A stretch of 62,769 nucleotides of DNA. Origin: Thermodesulfobacteriota bacterium (lineage in GTDB: Bacteria > Desulfobacterota > GWC2-55-46 > DRQE01). The position numbers and the translations under genes are program-made. Position 1 is the first letter of the stretch. Every line of letters starts with the position of its first letter. The stretch is from NCBI GenBank assembly GCA_035655515.1, contig DASRUI010000129.1:1-62769 (forward strand), given 5' to 3'. The notes beneath the pieces are model-generated. The model had not been told where the DNA came from. It worked only from the letters and a program-made list of their open reading frames with translations, and made no database searches. Positions 19,045 through 27,867 of this stretch are shown here, in pieces.

Positions 19045-20277
19045 TTACGAGAAGTTCATGTTTTCCATGAAGCGTTTTTCAAAAAGCCTGCTGCCGGAAA
19101 GAGGCGCGTATTTCGCCTCTGTTGCTATCTTTTCGGCCTTTCTCGCGGATTCATCCGATATAAGAGCCATCTTCGCCCCTTCGAGCGCCGCGTCTCCGGA
19201 TACCTCCGTTTTTTTATTCCATTCCCTGTCGAAGAGGCCGACTGTTTCGAGAGAGGCTTTTTTGATGTGGCTTCCGAACGCCCCGGCCACGAACACCTTT
19301 TCGACCTTATCCGGCGTAATCCCGGCTCTTTCGAAAATAACCTCCATGCCCGCCCTTATCGCGGCCTTCGCCATTTGAAAGGCCCTTACGTCGTCCTGCG
19401 ATATCGTAATCTCGGTTTTTGCCCCCTTAAAGAGAATGAAACTATTGCCTGACGAGCCTTCCTTAATCCTGCACGAGAGGTTTGTCGTGATTTCGCCTTT
19501 GGATTTTATGCGGCCCGTTTTATCCATGACTTCGCTTTTCAAGAGTTCCGCCATCGCGGAAACTATTCCCGAGCCGCATATCCCGACGGGGGGGGCATTG
19601 CCTATGGAAATTATCTTAACCTCGTCCCCTGTTATCGCAATGTCCTCTATGGCGCCCTCCGTTGCCGTCATGCCGAAACTTATGTTCCCTCCCTCGAAGG
19701 CCGGGCCGGAGGCCGCAGATGTCGTAAACAAGCCTTCCCGCGTCGAGAGCATTATTTCGCTGTTTGTGCCTATGTCTATGGCGAGGGTTACGCCCTTTTT
19801 TTCGTCGAGATTCAAAAAGAGCGCCGTTGCCACGCTGTCGCCCCCGACGAATCCCCCGATGAGAGGGAATACGTAAAGAGAGGCGTTTTCGGGGGCGTTA
19901 AAACCGGCTTCCCCGGCCTTCAAAACCCGCGCCTCCTTGAAGGCTGTTTTGAAGGGTATCCTTCCCATGGGCTCCGGGGAAATCCCGAGGAGGATGTGTT
20001 CCATGACGGAATTTCCGGCGACGGTTATCTTGCTTATCTTTTCCGCGTCAATGCCGAAGCCGCTTATCAACCCGTTACAGGCCGTGAGCGCCGCTTCCCT
20101 CATTTTCGCGAGAGCGTCAGGGGTTTTGGCGACGGCCTCTATCCTCGATATCACGTCGCTGCCCCAACGGGACTGCGGATTCGGGGCGCTTGCCTCGGCG
20201 AGCGTATTTCTTTTTTCCAGATGAACCAGCCCCGCCGCGATGGTCGTGGTGCCTATGTCAAAGGCGATGCCGTACAT
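19045..20277 (-). CDS. ASKHA-fold ATPase of the DUF4445 / RACo C-terminal type (no ferredoxin domain)
   Basis: YGIAFDIGTTTIAAGLV, ITVAGNSVMEHILLG, LAIDIGTNSEI and GPAFEGG motifs typical of the reductive activase (RACo)-like ATPase domain. Confidence 0.65.
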   Translation of the reverse strand: MYGIAFDIGTTTIAAGLVHLEKRNTLAEASAPNPQSRWGSDVISRIEAVAKTPDALAKMREAALTACNGLISGFGIDAEKISKITVAGNSVMEHILLGISPEPMGRIPFKTAFKEARVLKAGEAGFNAPENASLYVFPLIGGFVGGDSVATALFLNLDEKKGVTLAIDIGTNSEIMLSTREGLFTTSAASGPAFEGGNISFGMTATEGAIEDIAITGDEVKIISIGNAPPVGICGSGIVSAMAELLKSEVMDKTGRIKSKGEITTNLSCRIKEGSSGNSFILFKGAKTEITISQDDVRAFQMAKAAIRAGMEVIFERAGITPDKVEKVFVAGAFGSHIKKASLETVGLFDREWNKKTEVSGDAALEGAKMALISDESARKAEKIATEAKYAPLSGSRLFEKRFMENMNFS

Positions 20278-20297
20278 AAGGGGTTTTTAACAACCGA

Positions 20298-21764
20298 TTA
20301 GAATTGCATCGGCGGGGCGCTCGAGAAGATATACTTCAGGTCGTCGTCTTCGAACTGGAACCCGAGGCCCGCGTAGCTTGAGGCGAGGTCGAGTTTCGTG
20401 GCCGGGTCGTCGTAGCCCGCCGTAAGGAATATGTACTTGCCGAGATTCAACGTCGCCCCCGCCTTTATGTGCGTGCCTCTTTTTTTGTCGAAGTCCGAGG
20501 CCTCGAACGACAGTTTTATCCTGTCCTTCCAGAGATAGTAATCTATTCCCGCGCCTCCGGCGGACTCTATCACGCCGCCGCGTATGACGACGTCCTTAAT
20601 CCTCTTGGCAATCTGCGCCGACAGTTTTATCTGGTCGGAGGTTTTTACCTTTTCGGTGGTTGTCGTTACGCCGCCGGTCGTAATTTCCACGGTGTCCACT
20701 TTGCGTTTGCCCCTCGGGTCGTCTATTATCTCGATGAGGTAGTATTTATCGGCCTTCGGCTGTATCTTTATCGAGAAGTAGTTTTTCACCTCATTCGGGT
20801 CGAAGAGATATTCGGCGCGGTAGGCGAGGAACATCTTTATGCGGTCGCCCCTCTCTATGTATGAGTTTATGCCGGAGAGGGTCTTGTTGAGTTTTTCGTG
20901 CGTGGCGTCGTCGTTTATGAGTTTTCCGATGGTGCCTTCGCCTTTGTCTATCTTTCTCGCGACGTTCTTTATCGAAGCCACGGTCTCTTTGAGTTCGGGG
21001 CTCAAGTCCTGCGAGAGTTGGTTGAGATTCGTCATTGCCGCGTCGAGTTTCAAGGAGGCGGTCTTAAGATTCTCTATGCCCTGTTTTATGTTTTCTCTGT
21101 TTTCGCCGAGTATGTCCTTTATGCTCGCGGCGGCCTCTTTAAGGGTCGAGGAAAGTTCCGCGAAGTTTTGTACGGCCGTCGTGACGTTGTCCTCGTTTTT
21201 GGCGAGCATGTTGTCGAGCCTGAAGGTGATGTCCTCTATGTTCGTTACGATGTTCCTCAAGGTCGTCTCGCCCTCCTGGCCGCCGAGGACGTTGTTTAAG
21301 GACTCCGTGACTCCTTTTACGTCGGTCGCCACGTCGGACAGGATGGATACGAGTTTATCCATGTCGGCGTAGGTGAGGGTGCGCGTGATTTCGTCCCCGT
21401 CCCGCAAGGGCGTTGCCCCGGGCGCGCCGGGCAGGAGTTCGAGGTATTTTTCGCCGAGAAGACCCTTTGTCTTGAGCACCGCGACGAAGTCCTTGCCGAT
21501 GGTCATTTCGGGCTTTATCTTCAGGGTGAGCCGCGCCATGTTGTTGTCGAGCGAGATGTCGGTTATGCGCCCGGCCTCGACCCCGGCTATGCGGACAGAG
21601 GCGTCCTTGTCGAGCCCCGAGGCGTTTTCGACCCGCACGAAGAGAGTGTAGCCCTCCTCGCCGCGGAACTGTATGCCGCCGACGCGCAAGGACATATACA
21701 CGAGAAGCACGAAACCCGCGAAAACGAATATGCCTACTTTGGTTTCAGCGCTGAGTTTTTCCAT
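20298..21764 (-). CDS. mlaD: MlaD/MCE-family protein with long helical region and beta-rich C-terminal extension
   Basis: N-terminal anchor ETKVGIFVFAGFVLLVYMSL plus an MCE domain. About 170 aa of repetitive helical sequence follow, then about 170 aa of beta-rich sequence ending ...SSAPPMQF. Lies in an operon with mlaF and mlaE. Confidence 0.8.
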   Translation of the reverse strand: MEKLSAETKVGIFVFAGFVLLVYMSLRVGGIQFRGEEGYTLFVRVENASGLDKDASVRIAGVEAGRITDISLDNNMARLTLKIKPEMTIGKDFVAVLKTKGLLGEKYLELLPGAPGATPLRDGDEITRTLTYADMDKLVSILSDVATDVKGVTESLNNVLGGQEGETTLRNIVTNIEDITFRLDNMLAKNEDNVTTAVQNFAELSSTLKEAAASIKDILGENRENIKQGIENLKTASLKLDAAMTNLNQLSQDLSPELKETVASIKNVARKIDKGEGTIGKLINDDATHEKLNKTLSGINSYIERGDRIKMFLAYRAEYLFDPNEVKNYFSIKIQPKADKYYLIEIIDDPRGKRKVDTVEITTGGVTTTTEKVKTSDQIKLSAQIAKRIKDVVIRGGVIESAGGAGIDYYLWKDRIKLSFEASDFDKKRGTHIKAGATLNLGKYIFLTAGYDDPATKLDLASSYAGLGFQFEDDDLKYIFSSAPPMQF

Positions 21765-22510
21765 TAAAACACCTTTATCGGGCCGTGAGACCTTCCTTCG
21801 AGAAACTGCCTTAGTATGGGGTCGGGGTTTTTCTTCATTTCCTCGACCGTGCCGGCGGCTATGATCCTGCCCTGATGCAGCATCGCCATCTTGTCCGCTA
21901 TCTTGTAGGTGAGCGGTATGTCGTGCGTTATGGCTATGTAGGTTGTTTTCAAGGCCTTTTGCGTCTCAAGCATGAGTTCTCCCACCGAATCGCTCATTAT
22001 GGGGTCGAGTCCCGTCGTCGGCTCGTCGAATATCACGAATTCCGGGTCCATCACTATGGCCCTCGCGAGCCCGACCCTTTTTTTCATTCCTCCGCTTAAT
22101 TCCGAGGGCATCATGTCCTCGACCCCCGCGAGCCCGACCCTGTTCAATTTTTGGGTCACGATTTTTCTTATCTCCTGCCCGGATAAGTCCGTGTGCTCCT
22201 TCAACGCGAACCCGACGTTTTCCGCGACGGTCATGGAGTCGAAAAGCGCCGCCCCCTGAAATAACATGCCGAACCGCTTCAGAACCTCGTTGAATTCGGC
22301 GTCGGTCATCTTTGTCGTGTCTTTGCCGTCAAGCAGTATCTCGCCGCTGTCGGGTTTCAAGAGGCCGATTATGTGCTTTATAAGGACGCTCTTGCCCTCG
22401 CCGCTTCGCCCGATGATGACGGTTATCTTGCCCTGCTCTATGGCAAGGTCCACGCCGTCGAGAACTGCCTTATGGTTGAACGTTTTTTTAAGTCCCTTAA
22501 TTTGTATCAT
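21764..22510 (-). CDS. mlaF: Phospholipid ABC transporter ATP-binding protein MlaF
   Basis: Walker A GRSGEGKS, LSGGMKKR signature and FDEPTTGLDP Walker B. The 1-nt overlap with mlaD suggests coupling. Confidence 0.9.
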   Translation of the reverse strand: MIQIKGLKKTFNHKAVLDGVDLAIEQGKITVIIGRSGEGKSVLIKHIIGLLKPDSGEILLDGKDTTKMTDAEFNEVLKRFGMLFQGAALFDSMTVAENVGFALKEHTDLSGQEIRKIVTQKLNRVGLAGVEDMMPSELSGGMKKRVGLARAIVMDPEFVIFDEPTTGLDPIMSDSVGELMLETQKALKTTYIAITHDIPLTYKIADKMAMLHQGRIIAAGTVEEMKKNPDPILRQFLEGRSHGPIKVF

Positions 22511-22530
22511 ATATGGGAGAGTTCTTTCAA

Positions 22531-23301
22531 TTAGAACATTATCGCCGTCAGTATGTAATCGAAAATCAGAATCATGACGCAGCTTAAAACGACGGCCTTT
22601 GTCGCGGCGCGCCCCACGCCCTCGGCCCCGCCGCTCGTGGTGTAGCCCTGATAGCTCGACACGAGGGCTATTATGAGCCCGAATACGGCCGACTTTATGA
22701 GTCCGTAGAATATGTCGTCAACGTTCACGTAGTCTATCGTTCTTCCGATATAGACGCCGGAGTTTATGCCGAGGAGTTTCACGCCCACGAAGTAGCCGCC
22801 CAAGACCCCGACGAAGTCGGTTACGACGGCAAGAATCGGAAGCATCGTTATCCCGGCGACGAGCCGCGGCACGACGAGGTATTTCACGGGGTTAAGGGCC
22901 ATCGTGTATATGGCGTCGATCTGCTCGGTAACGCGCATGGTGCCGAGCTCGGTCGCCATGGCGCTTCCGGCCCTTCCAGCGACCATAAGCCCGGTTAAGA
23001 CCGGCCCGAGTTCCCTTGCCATGCTCAACGCGACCGTAGGGCCGACGAGGCTTTCGGCGCCGAAACGCTTAAGCGCGTCGTAGCTTTGCATGGCGAGCAC
23101 CATGCCCGTGAAGGTGCCGGTAAGTATGACGACGAAGAGGCTGTTGACCCCGACGAATTCCATCTGCTTGAAGATGTTCCTGAACTTGATGGGTGGAACG
23201 AAGAGGTGGTAGGTGGACTGGCCGAGCATTATGGTCACGTTGCCGACCGTTTTTACGAAGTTTTCCGCCGATTGGCCGAGGCTTTCGAAAAAGTTTTTCA
23301 T
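22531..23301 (-). CDS. mlaE: Phospholipid ABC transporter permease MlaE
   Basis: From the ATG at 23301 (MKNFFESLGQ...). Motifs include MARELGPVLTGLMVAGRAGSAMATELGTMRVTEQIDA. The start overlaps the alr stop (ATGA). The upstream Arg-rich 61 codons of the ORF track lie inside alr. Confidence 0.9.
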   Translation of the reverse strand: MKNFFESLGQSAENFVKTVGNVTIMLGQSTYHLFVPPIKFRNIFKQMEFVGVNSLFVVILTGTFTGMVLAMQSYDALKRFGAESLVGPTVALSMARELGPVLTGLMVAGRAGSAMATELGTMRVTEQIDAIYTMALNPVKYLVVPRLVAGITMLPILAVVTDFVGVLGGYFVGVKLLGINSGVYIGRTIDYVNVDDIFYGLIKSAVFGLIIALVSSYQGYTTSGGAEGVGRAATKAVVLSCVMILIFDYILTAIMF

Positions 23302-24413
23302 GCGGGAAGCCTCGGCACTCTCGCGGATATGTTGCAGAAAACCTCGTATGGGATGGTATCGGCCTTCGTGGCCACTTCTTCGACCGATATTGTTTCTTCG
23401 CCCTGCGTTCCTATAAGGATAGCCTCGTCGCCCGTTGCGACGCCCCGGATATCGGTTACGTCTATCATGGTGAAGTCCATGCATACGCGTCCGGCTATGG
23501 GCGCGCGCGCGCCTCTTACCAGAACCTCCCCTTTGCCCGAGAGGGCGAAGGGGAGACCGTCGCCATAGCCTATGGGAAGGGTGGCGATAAGGCTCTCTTT
23601 TTGCGTCATGAAAGTTCTCGAGTAGCTTATGGGCGTGCCCGCGGACATCTTCTTGACCTGTATTATCTGGGTCTTCAGCTTCATGACCGGCTTTAGACGC
23701 GCCTTGTCTTTGAGCCTTAACGACGTATACGCGCCGTAGAGCATGAGTCCCGGCCTGACGAGGCTGAATCTCGCGTCCGGCAAATCCAGTATCGCGGCGC
23801 TGTTGGCCATGTGGATATAAGGCGGGTCGCAGCCGAGCCCCTGCGCTATGGAGATTGTCTTCAAGAACGTGTCGAGTTGTTTTTTCGAGAACTGCTTGTC
23901 CGCCGCCTCGGCCTCGGATAAGTGCGAGAGCATGCCTTCGACGGCGAGGTTTCCGAAGGTCTTGAGTTCCTGAAAAAATCCGACTATCTGGCGGGGGAGT
24001 ATGCCGAGCCGCCCCATGCCTGAATCGATTTTCACGTGCACGGCTTTCTTCTTGTTGTGCTTTTTGGCGAAGGTGTCGAGAAGGGTGGCCGTGTCGGAGT
24101 CGAATATCACGGGAGTGAGGTCGAACTCAAAACAATCCTGTATCTGGCTCGGGTATATGCCGCCAAGAACGACTATCGGCCTTTTTATGCCGCCTTGCCG
24201 GAGTCTCGCGCCTTCTTCCACGAACGCCACGCCGAACATCTCGCAACCCGCGTCTTCGAGCGTTTTCGCCACGTATAAGTCCCCGTGGCCGTATGCGTTC
24301 GCCTTGACGACAGCCATTGTCTTGGTGCCGGGCATGAGGAGATTTTTTACCTCTCCGTAGTTATGCTTAAGCGCGGCAACGCTTATTATCGCGGCAGTCG
24401 GTCTTGTGCCCAA
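23298..24413 (-). CDS. alr: Alanine racemase
   Basis: AVVKANAYGHG (PLP lysine motif) ... GYGDG ... RVCMD. Confidence 0.9.
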   Translation of the reverse strand: MGTRPTAAIISVAALKHNYGEVKNLLMPGTKTMAVVKANAYGHGDLYVAKTLEDAGCEMFGVAFVEEGARLRQGGIKRPIVVLGGIYPSQIQDCFEFDLTPVIFDSDTATLLDTFAKKHNKKKAVHVKIDSGMGRLGILPRQIVGFFQELKTFGNLAVEGMLSHLSEAEAADKQFSKKQLDTFLKTISIAQGLGCDPPYIHMANSAAILDLPDARFSLVRPGLMLYGAYTSLRLKDKARLKPVMKLKTQIIQVKKMSAGTPISYSRTFMTQKESLIATLPIGYGDGLPFALSGKGEVLVRGARAPIAGRVCMDFTMIDVTDIRGVATGDEAILIGTQGEETISVEEVATKADTIPYEVFCNISARVPRLPA

Positions 24414-24555
24414 AACTAAATCCCTCCGGCCAATAAGATTCGTCTTTCTTTACACATATTTAATACCATTATTAGGGCTTATACGCAAAGGAAAATTAGG
24501 GGTTTGGGAGGGGGGGTTGGTGCGTAAAGAGTAGGGTGGGCTACGCCCTCCTTAA

Positions 24556-24605
24556 CTCCCTCTCCTCCGCCTGAGGCGGATGGGAGAGGGTTGGGGTGAG
24601 GGGGA
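24556..24605 (+). repeat. Hairpin repeat of the TCTCC...GGAGAGGGTTGGGGTGAGGGG family
   Basis: ctccctctcctccgcctgaggcggatgggagagggttggggtgaggggg. Same module as at 40569, 42491, 47564 and 57053. Confidence 0.75.
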
Positions 24606-24786
24606 ATGCCGTTCGCCCTTCGACAAGCTCAGGACGAACGGGTAACCATGCCCCGCAACTACGCGCGCGTGTTTTTATAGTTCTCAATTTTCAAAAGGAA
24701 TTAATCCGATATTCCCGGAGTCCCGTAGGTTGGGTTAGCGTAGCGTAACCCAACTATTAATTGCAATTTATTACATCAAAGGGGAC

Positions 24787-25575
24787 TTAATCGGATGTTC
24801 CGGAAGAAAGAGCGAGCCTTCCTTCTTTTGCCTCAAGGAAAAAACCCTTGAGTTTTTTCAGGGCCGCGGCCTCTATCTGCCTTACCCGTTCCCTCGTGAG
24901 GCCGAGTTTGGCGCCCACTTCCCGGAGGCTTATAGGCTCTTCGGAGAGTATTCTTTTTTCTATGACGAGTTTTTCTTTTTGGTTAAGCCGCTTGAGGGCC
25001 GAGGACACGTTTCTTTTAAGAAGGGTTTGCTCCTGCGCGGTTTCGATAGTCTCTTCCTGCAAGGCGGCAGTGTCCGCTATTCTTTCGAGGTGTGTCTTTC
25101 CCGCGCCGTCCTCGGTGTTTATCGGCGCGTCGAGGGAAAAATCCGCACCCGTATCCGCGCCGGCGGCGCTCAGGGCATTTCTGTAAAAAAGCGTCTTTTT
25201 AAGCTCTCTTGCCCCGCGTTTCACGAGCCCCTTTGTTTTTAATATGTATTCCTGTATGTGGGATTTTATCCACCACGCGGCGTAAGTTATGAGGCGAACC
25301 CCTTTATCAGGGTCGAACTTCTTTACCGCCGTCATAAGGCCGATGTTGCCTTCCTGTATGAGGTCTTTCAGGCCGATTCCGTAGTTGCGGTACTCAAGGG
25401 CGATTTTCACCACAAACCGGAGATTCGCGGTGACGAGTTTGTGCGCCGCGTCCAAATCGCCGCGCCTCTTCCAGAGGACGGCGAGGCGGTATTCTTCGTC
25501 CCTTGAAAGCAACGGGTAGCGGTTTATGTCCGCTATGTAGATTCCTATGGAATCGTTTAATGCCGGTAAATTCAT
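24787..25575 (-). CDS. rpoH: RNA polymerase sigma-70 family factor, RpoH (sigma-32)-like
   Basis: From the ATG at 25575. YIADINRYPLLSRDEE, NLRFVVKIALEYRNYG, DLIQEGNIGLMTAVKKFDP, AAWWIKSHIQEYI, a region resembling the RpoH box (KKTLFYR), and region 4.2 LREVGAKLGLTRERVRQIE. Confidence 0.8.
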   Translation of the reverse strand: MNLPALNDSIGIYIADINRYPLLSRDEEYRLAVLWKRRGDLDAAHKLVTANLRFVVKIALEYRNYGIGLKDLIQEGNIGLMTAVKKFDPDKGVRLITYAAWWIKSHIQEYILKTKGLVKRGARELKKTLFYRNALSAAGADTGADFSLDAPINTEDGAGKTHLERIADTAALQEETIETAQEQTLLKRNVSSALKRLNQKEKLVIEKRILSEEPISLREVGAKLGLTRERVRQIEAAALKKLKGFFLEAKEGRLALSSGTSD

Positions 25576-25738
25576 AATTGTCAAGTATAGCGCGTTTTTC
25601 GGATTTTTTGAAGCAAAAACAGGGACAGGCGCGGAAAATGATATTTCCAAACCGATCCCTGCCAATTTTTTTTGCCGGCTTCGAAAGCCGATTCTTGCCC
25701 CTGCTTACTGCCTCCGCTCGAGGCGGACGGGACGCCTC

Positions 25739-26116
25739 TTATATGAACTTCCCGGCAAATATGAAAAGAAGTATCAACGCCACGACGAACGGATATATCG
25801 CGAGCGCTTCTATCATGGCGAGACCAAGCAGCATCGTGGTCATAAGTTGTCCTGCTATGCCCGGGTTCCTTGCCATGCCTTCGCAGGCGGCTTTTACGGC
25901 CTTGCCCTGCGCCATGGCCGGGACAACGGCTCCTAACACTACCCCGAATCCGGCGGTGATAAATATTACCGCAAGCACCATGCTGTCCCTTCCGCCGCTT
26001 TTTGCGGCTTCCGCGGCTTCTTCGGCAGCCCACGCGGCCGGCGTTGCGAAGAAAAACGCAACGAGCGCGATAACGGCTATGATGCAAAGCCTTTTTGTTG
26101 TTTTATTTAGACTCAT
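25739..26116 (-). CDS. atpE: F0F1 ATP synthase subunit c with ~45-aa N-terminal extension
   Basis: C-terminal 75 aa form a typical c-subunit hairpin (GKAVKAACEGMARNPG ... LGLAMIEALAIY, with the carboxylate Glu). The N-terminus is signal-peptide-like. Confidence 0.85.
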   Translation of the reverse strand: MSLNKTTKRLCIIAVIALVAFFFATPAAWAAEEAAEAAKSGGRDSMVLAVIFITAGFGVVLGAVVPAMAQGKAVKAACEGMARNPGIAGQLMTTMLLGLAMIEALAIYPFVVALILLFIFAGKFI

Positions 26117-26338
26117 CGGTCACCTCCTATAGGATTGAGAAAAAAGTATATTAATGATTTTAAGGGATAAAGTCAAGCGTTTTTCATACATTTTTTTAAT
26201 GCGGCAGGGCTGAGCTCCCCGCTTAAGATTGCGCGGGGTACCCGCCCTATGGGGCGGGTCGGGCTCTGCGCCCGTAATGTTTTTACTGTCCATTGTAGAG
26301 CCATATGGACGATTGGGTTATTTAATCGCCGCGCGCCG

Positions 26339-26995
26339 TTAATGCGCTTCTTCAAGCGCCCCGCCGAGGTATGCCATCGCGAGAATCGAGAATACCATGG
26401 CCTGCAGCACCACCACAAGAACTCCGAGGACTGTCGCGAACGCAAGCAAAGGATAGGCGTAGGGCATGAGAATAAGAAACACAAAGACGAGCATCTCGTG
26501 TCCCATCATGTTGCCGAAAAGACGCAGGGAGAGGGAAATAGGCCTCGCGATGTGGGCGAATATCTCGATGAAAAGTATAAGCGGGGCAAGCCACCATATA
26601 GGGCCGAGGAAGTGTTTGACGTAGCCGATGCCGTGTTCTTTTATGCCGATTATGTGGGTTGAGGAGAAAACTATCAAAGCGAGCGCCAAGGTCGTGTTGA
26701 AGTTTGCCGTGGGGGGCGCAAGCCCGGGTATGAGGCCGAACGCGTTCGATATGAATATGAATAAGAAAAGCGTGAGTACGAACGGGAGCAGTTTTTTGCC
26801 TTTATGCCCCATCATCTCTCCGGCAAGGCCTTCGAAGGTTTCGAATATTACCTCGACTATGGACTGCGTCTTTCCGGGGACAAGCGCGAGGCCGCCTTTG
26901 AGAACGAGCGAAAATACGACAATCGCGGCCATCACGTAGAGCATGAGGGCCGTGTGGACCGGGAGTCCGAAGGTCGGCAACATTATTCCGTGCAT
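26339..26995 (-). CDS. atpB: F0F1 ATP synthase subunit a
   Basis: ISLSLRLFGNMMGHEM (essential Arg motif), multi-TM, 218 aa. Confidence 0.9.
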   Translation of the reverse strand: MHGIMLPTFGLPVHTALMLYVMAAIVVFSLVLKGGLALVPGKTQSIVEVIFETFEGLAGEMMGHKGKKLLPFVLTLFLFIFISNAFGLIPGLAPPTANFNTTLALALIVFSSTHIIGIKEHGIGYVKHFLGPIWWLAPLILFIEIFAHIARPISLSLRLFGNMMGHEMLVFVFLILMPYAYPLLAFATVLGVLVVVLQAMVFSILAMAYLGGALEEAH

Positions 26996-27381
26996 GATTT
27001 CCCTATCCCTTCTTTAAACGCAATGGCGGCGGTCGTTATGGTAATCAAAAATATAAACGTAAAGCCGGTCAAAACCGCCCACGCGCCGGACGAGAACTGC
27101 CACATGGCCGCGGCGAGCGCGAGGGTAGAGAGAAAAAACCTCGCGTAAAAACGGCTTACCACGTACGCGGCAGCCTTATCCGGAGCAAGAGAGGCTGTTT
27201 TCCCGGCTGCCGAAAAATAAAGATACTGGTTAAATACGCCGATAATAAGTCCCGCGGCAAAGCCGATTATCATGGCCTTGCCGATAAGGGCGCACGCCGC
27301 GGCTCCGAGCAGGCCGAAGACCGCGTCGGCCAAAAGGGCTTTCTTTGACATAACGGAAACGAATCGTATCGCAACGCTCAT
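26983..27381 (-). CDS. atpI: ATP synthase protein I (AtpI-like small membrane protein)
   Basis: 132-aa, four-TM hydrophobic protein directly upstream of and overlapping atpB. The call rests on position and topology rather than motif. Confidence 0.5.
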   Translation of the reverse strand: MSVAIRFVSVMSKKALLADAVFGLLGAAACALIGKAMIIGFAAGLIIGVFNQYLYFSAAGKTASLAPDKAAAYVVSRFYARFFLSTLALAAAMWQFSSGAWAVLTGFTFIFLITITTAAIAFKEGIGKSCTE

Positions 27382-27388
27382 GAGAGTC

Positions 27389-27604
27389 TCAAAATCCGCT
27401 TTTTTTTATCGTCATGTATATGTTCCTGAAGCCCGCTATGACGCCGAGTATCAGGAATAACAGCATAAGCCACGGCGTCGTGCCGAAAACCCCGTCAAGA
27501 TAAAGTCCGAACCAGAATCCGAGGAGCGTGGAGATAACCGTCGCGAACCCCATGGAGGTAAGCGACATGAGCGCTTTATATTGCTTTTTTTCCTGCTCGG
27601 GCAT
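27389..27604 (-). CDS. atpZ: AtpZ/ATPase_gene1 family small membrane protein
   Basis: 71 aa with two TM helices. LTSMGFATVISTLLGFWFGLYLD is typical of the AtpZ family that leads atp operons. Confidence 0.6.
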   Translation of the reverse strand: MPEQEKKQYKALMSLTSMGFATVISTLLGFWFGLYLDGVFGTTPWLMLLFLILGVIAGFRNIYMTIKKSGF

Positions 27605-27621
27605 AATTTATTTAACGCAAT

Positions 27622-27650
27622 TTTTTAACATACCCGGAAGGGTTAGTCAA
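27622..27650 (-). promoter_or_regulatory. Possible sigma-70 promoter for atpZIBE
   Basis: The minus strand has TTGACT (27650-27645), a 17-nt spacer, then TAAAAA (27627-22). The -10 is weak and the leader very short, so this is tentative. Confidence 0.25.
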
Positions 27651-27867
27651 CATTTATGTGGCTTCGGTGAATTGCGCGCAGTGTTCTCGAAATCTGTTTA
27701 GGATTTTGGCAAGGAAAAACCTTGCAAATCGTAATCTCTCTGTGGCAAGATTTTTATTCCGAACGGAATAAAATTGGGATTGCTTGAGTTGTGATGATGT
27801 CCCATGGATTACGTGTCGCCTGAATTTGCCCCAAAACTATAAAACAGGAAAAACAACTGTCTATATA

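Noticed and set aside
23302-23484. An Arg-rich 61-codon N-terminal extension of the mlaE ORF. Similar upstream extensions occur at hdrA 42525, sdhA 57180, the FlxA-like gene 47604, rpoH 25665 and serA 34009.
   Set aside because: The extensions overlap upstream genes or repeat elements. Internal starts with good RBS and typical family N-termini are available, so the shorter models were used.
25666-25738. Hairpin gccggcttcgaaagccg next to a T8 run, downstream of atpE, as a possible terminator.
   Set aside because: On the transcribed (minus) strand the run is A8 after the hairpin, not U-rich. On the plus strand the T-run precedes the stem. The geometry is wrong for an intrinsic terminator of atpE.
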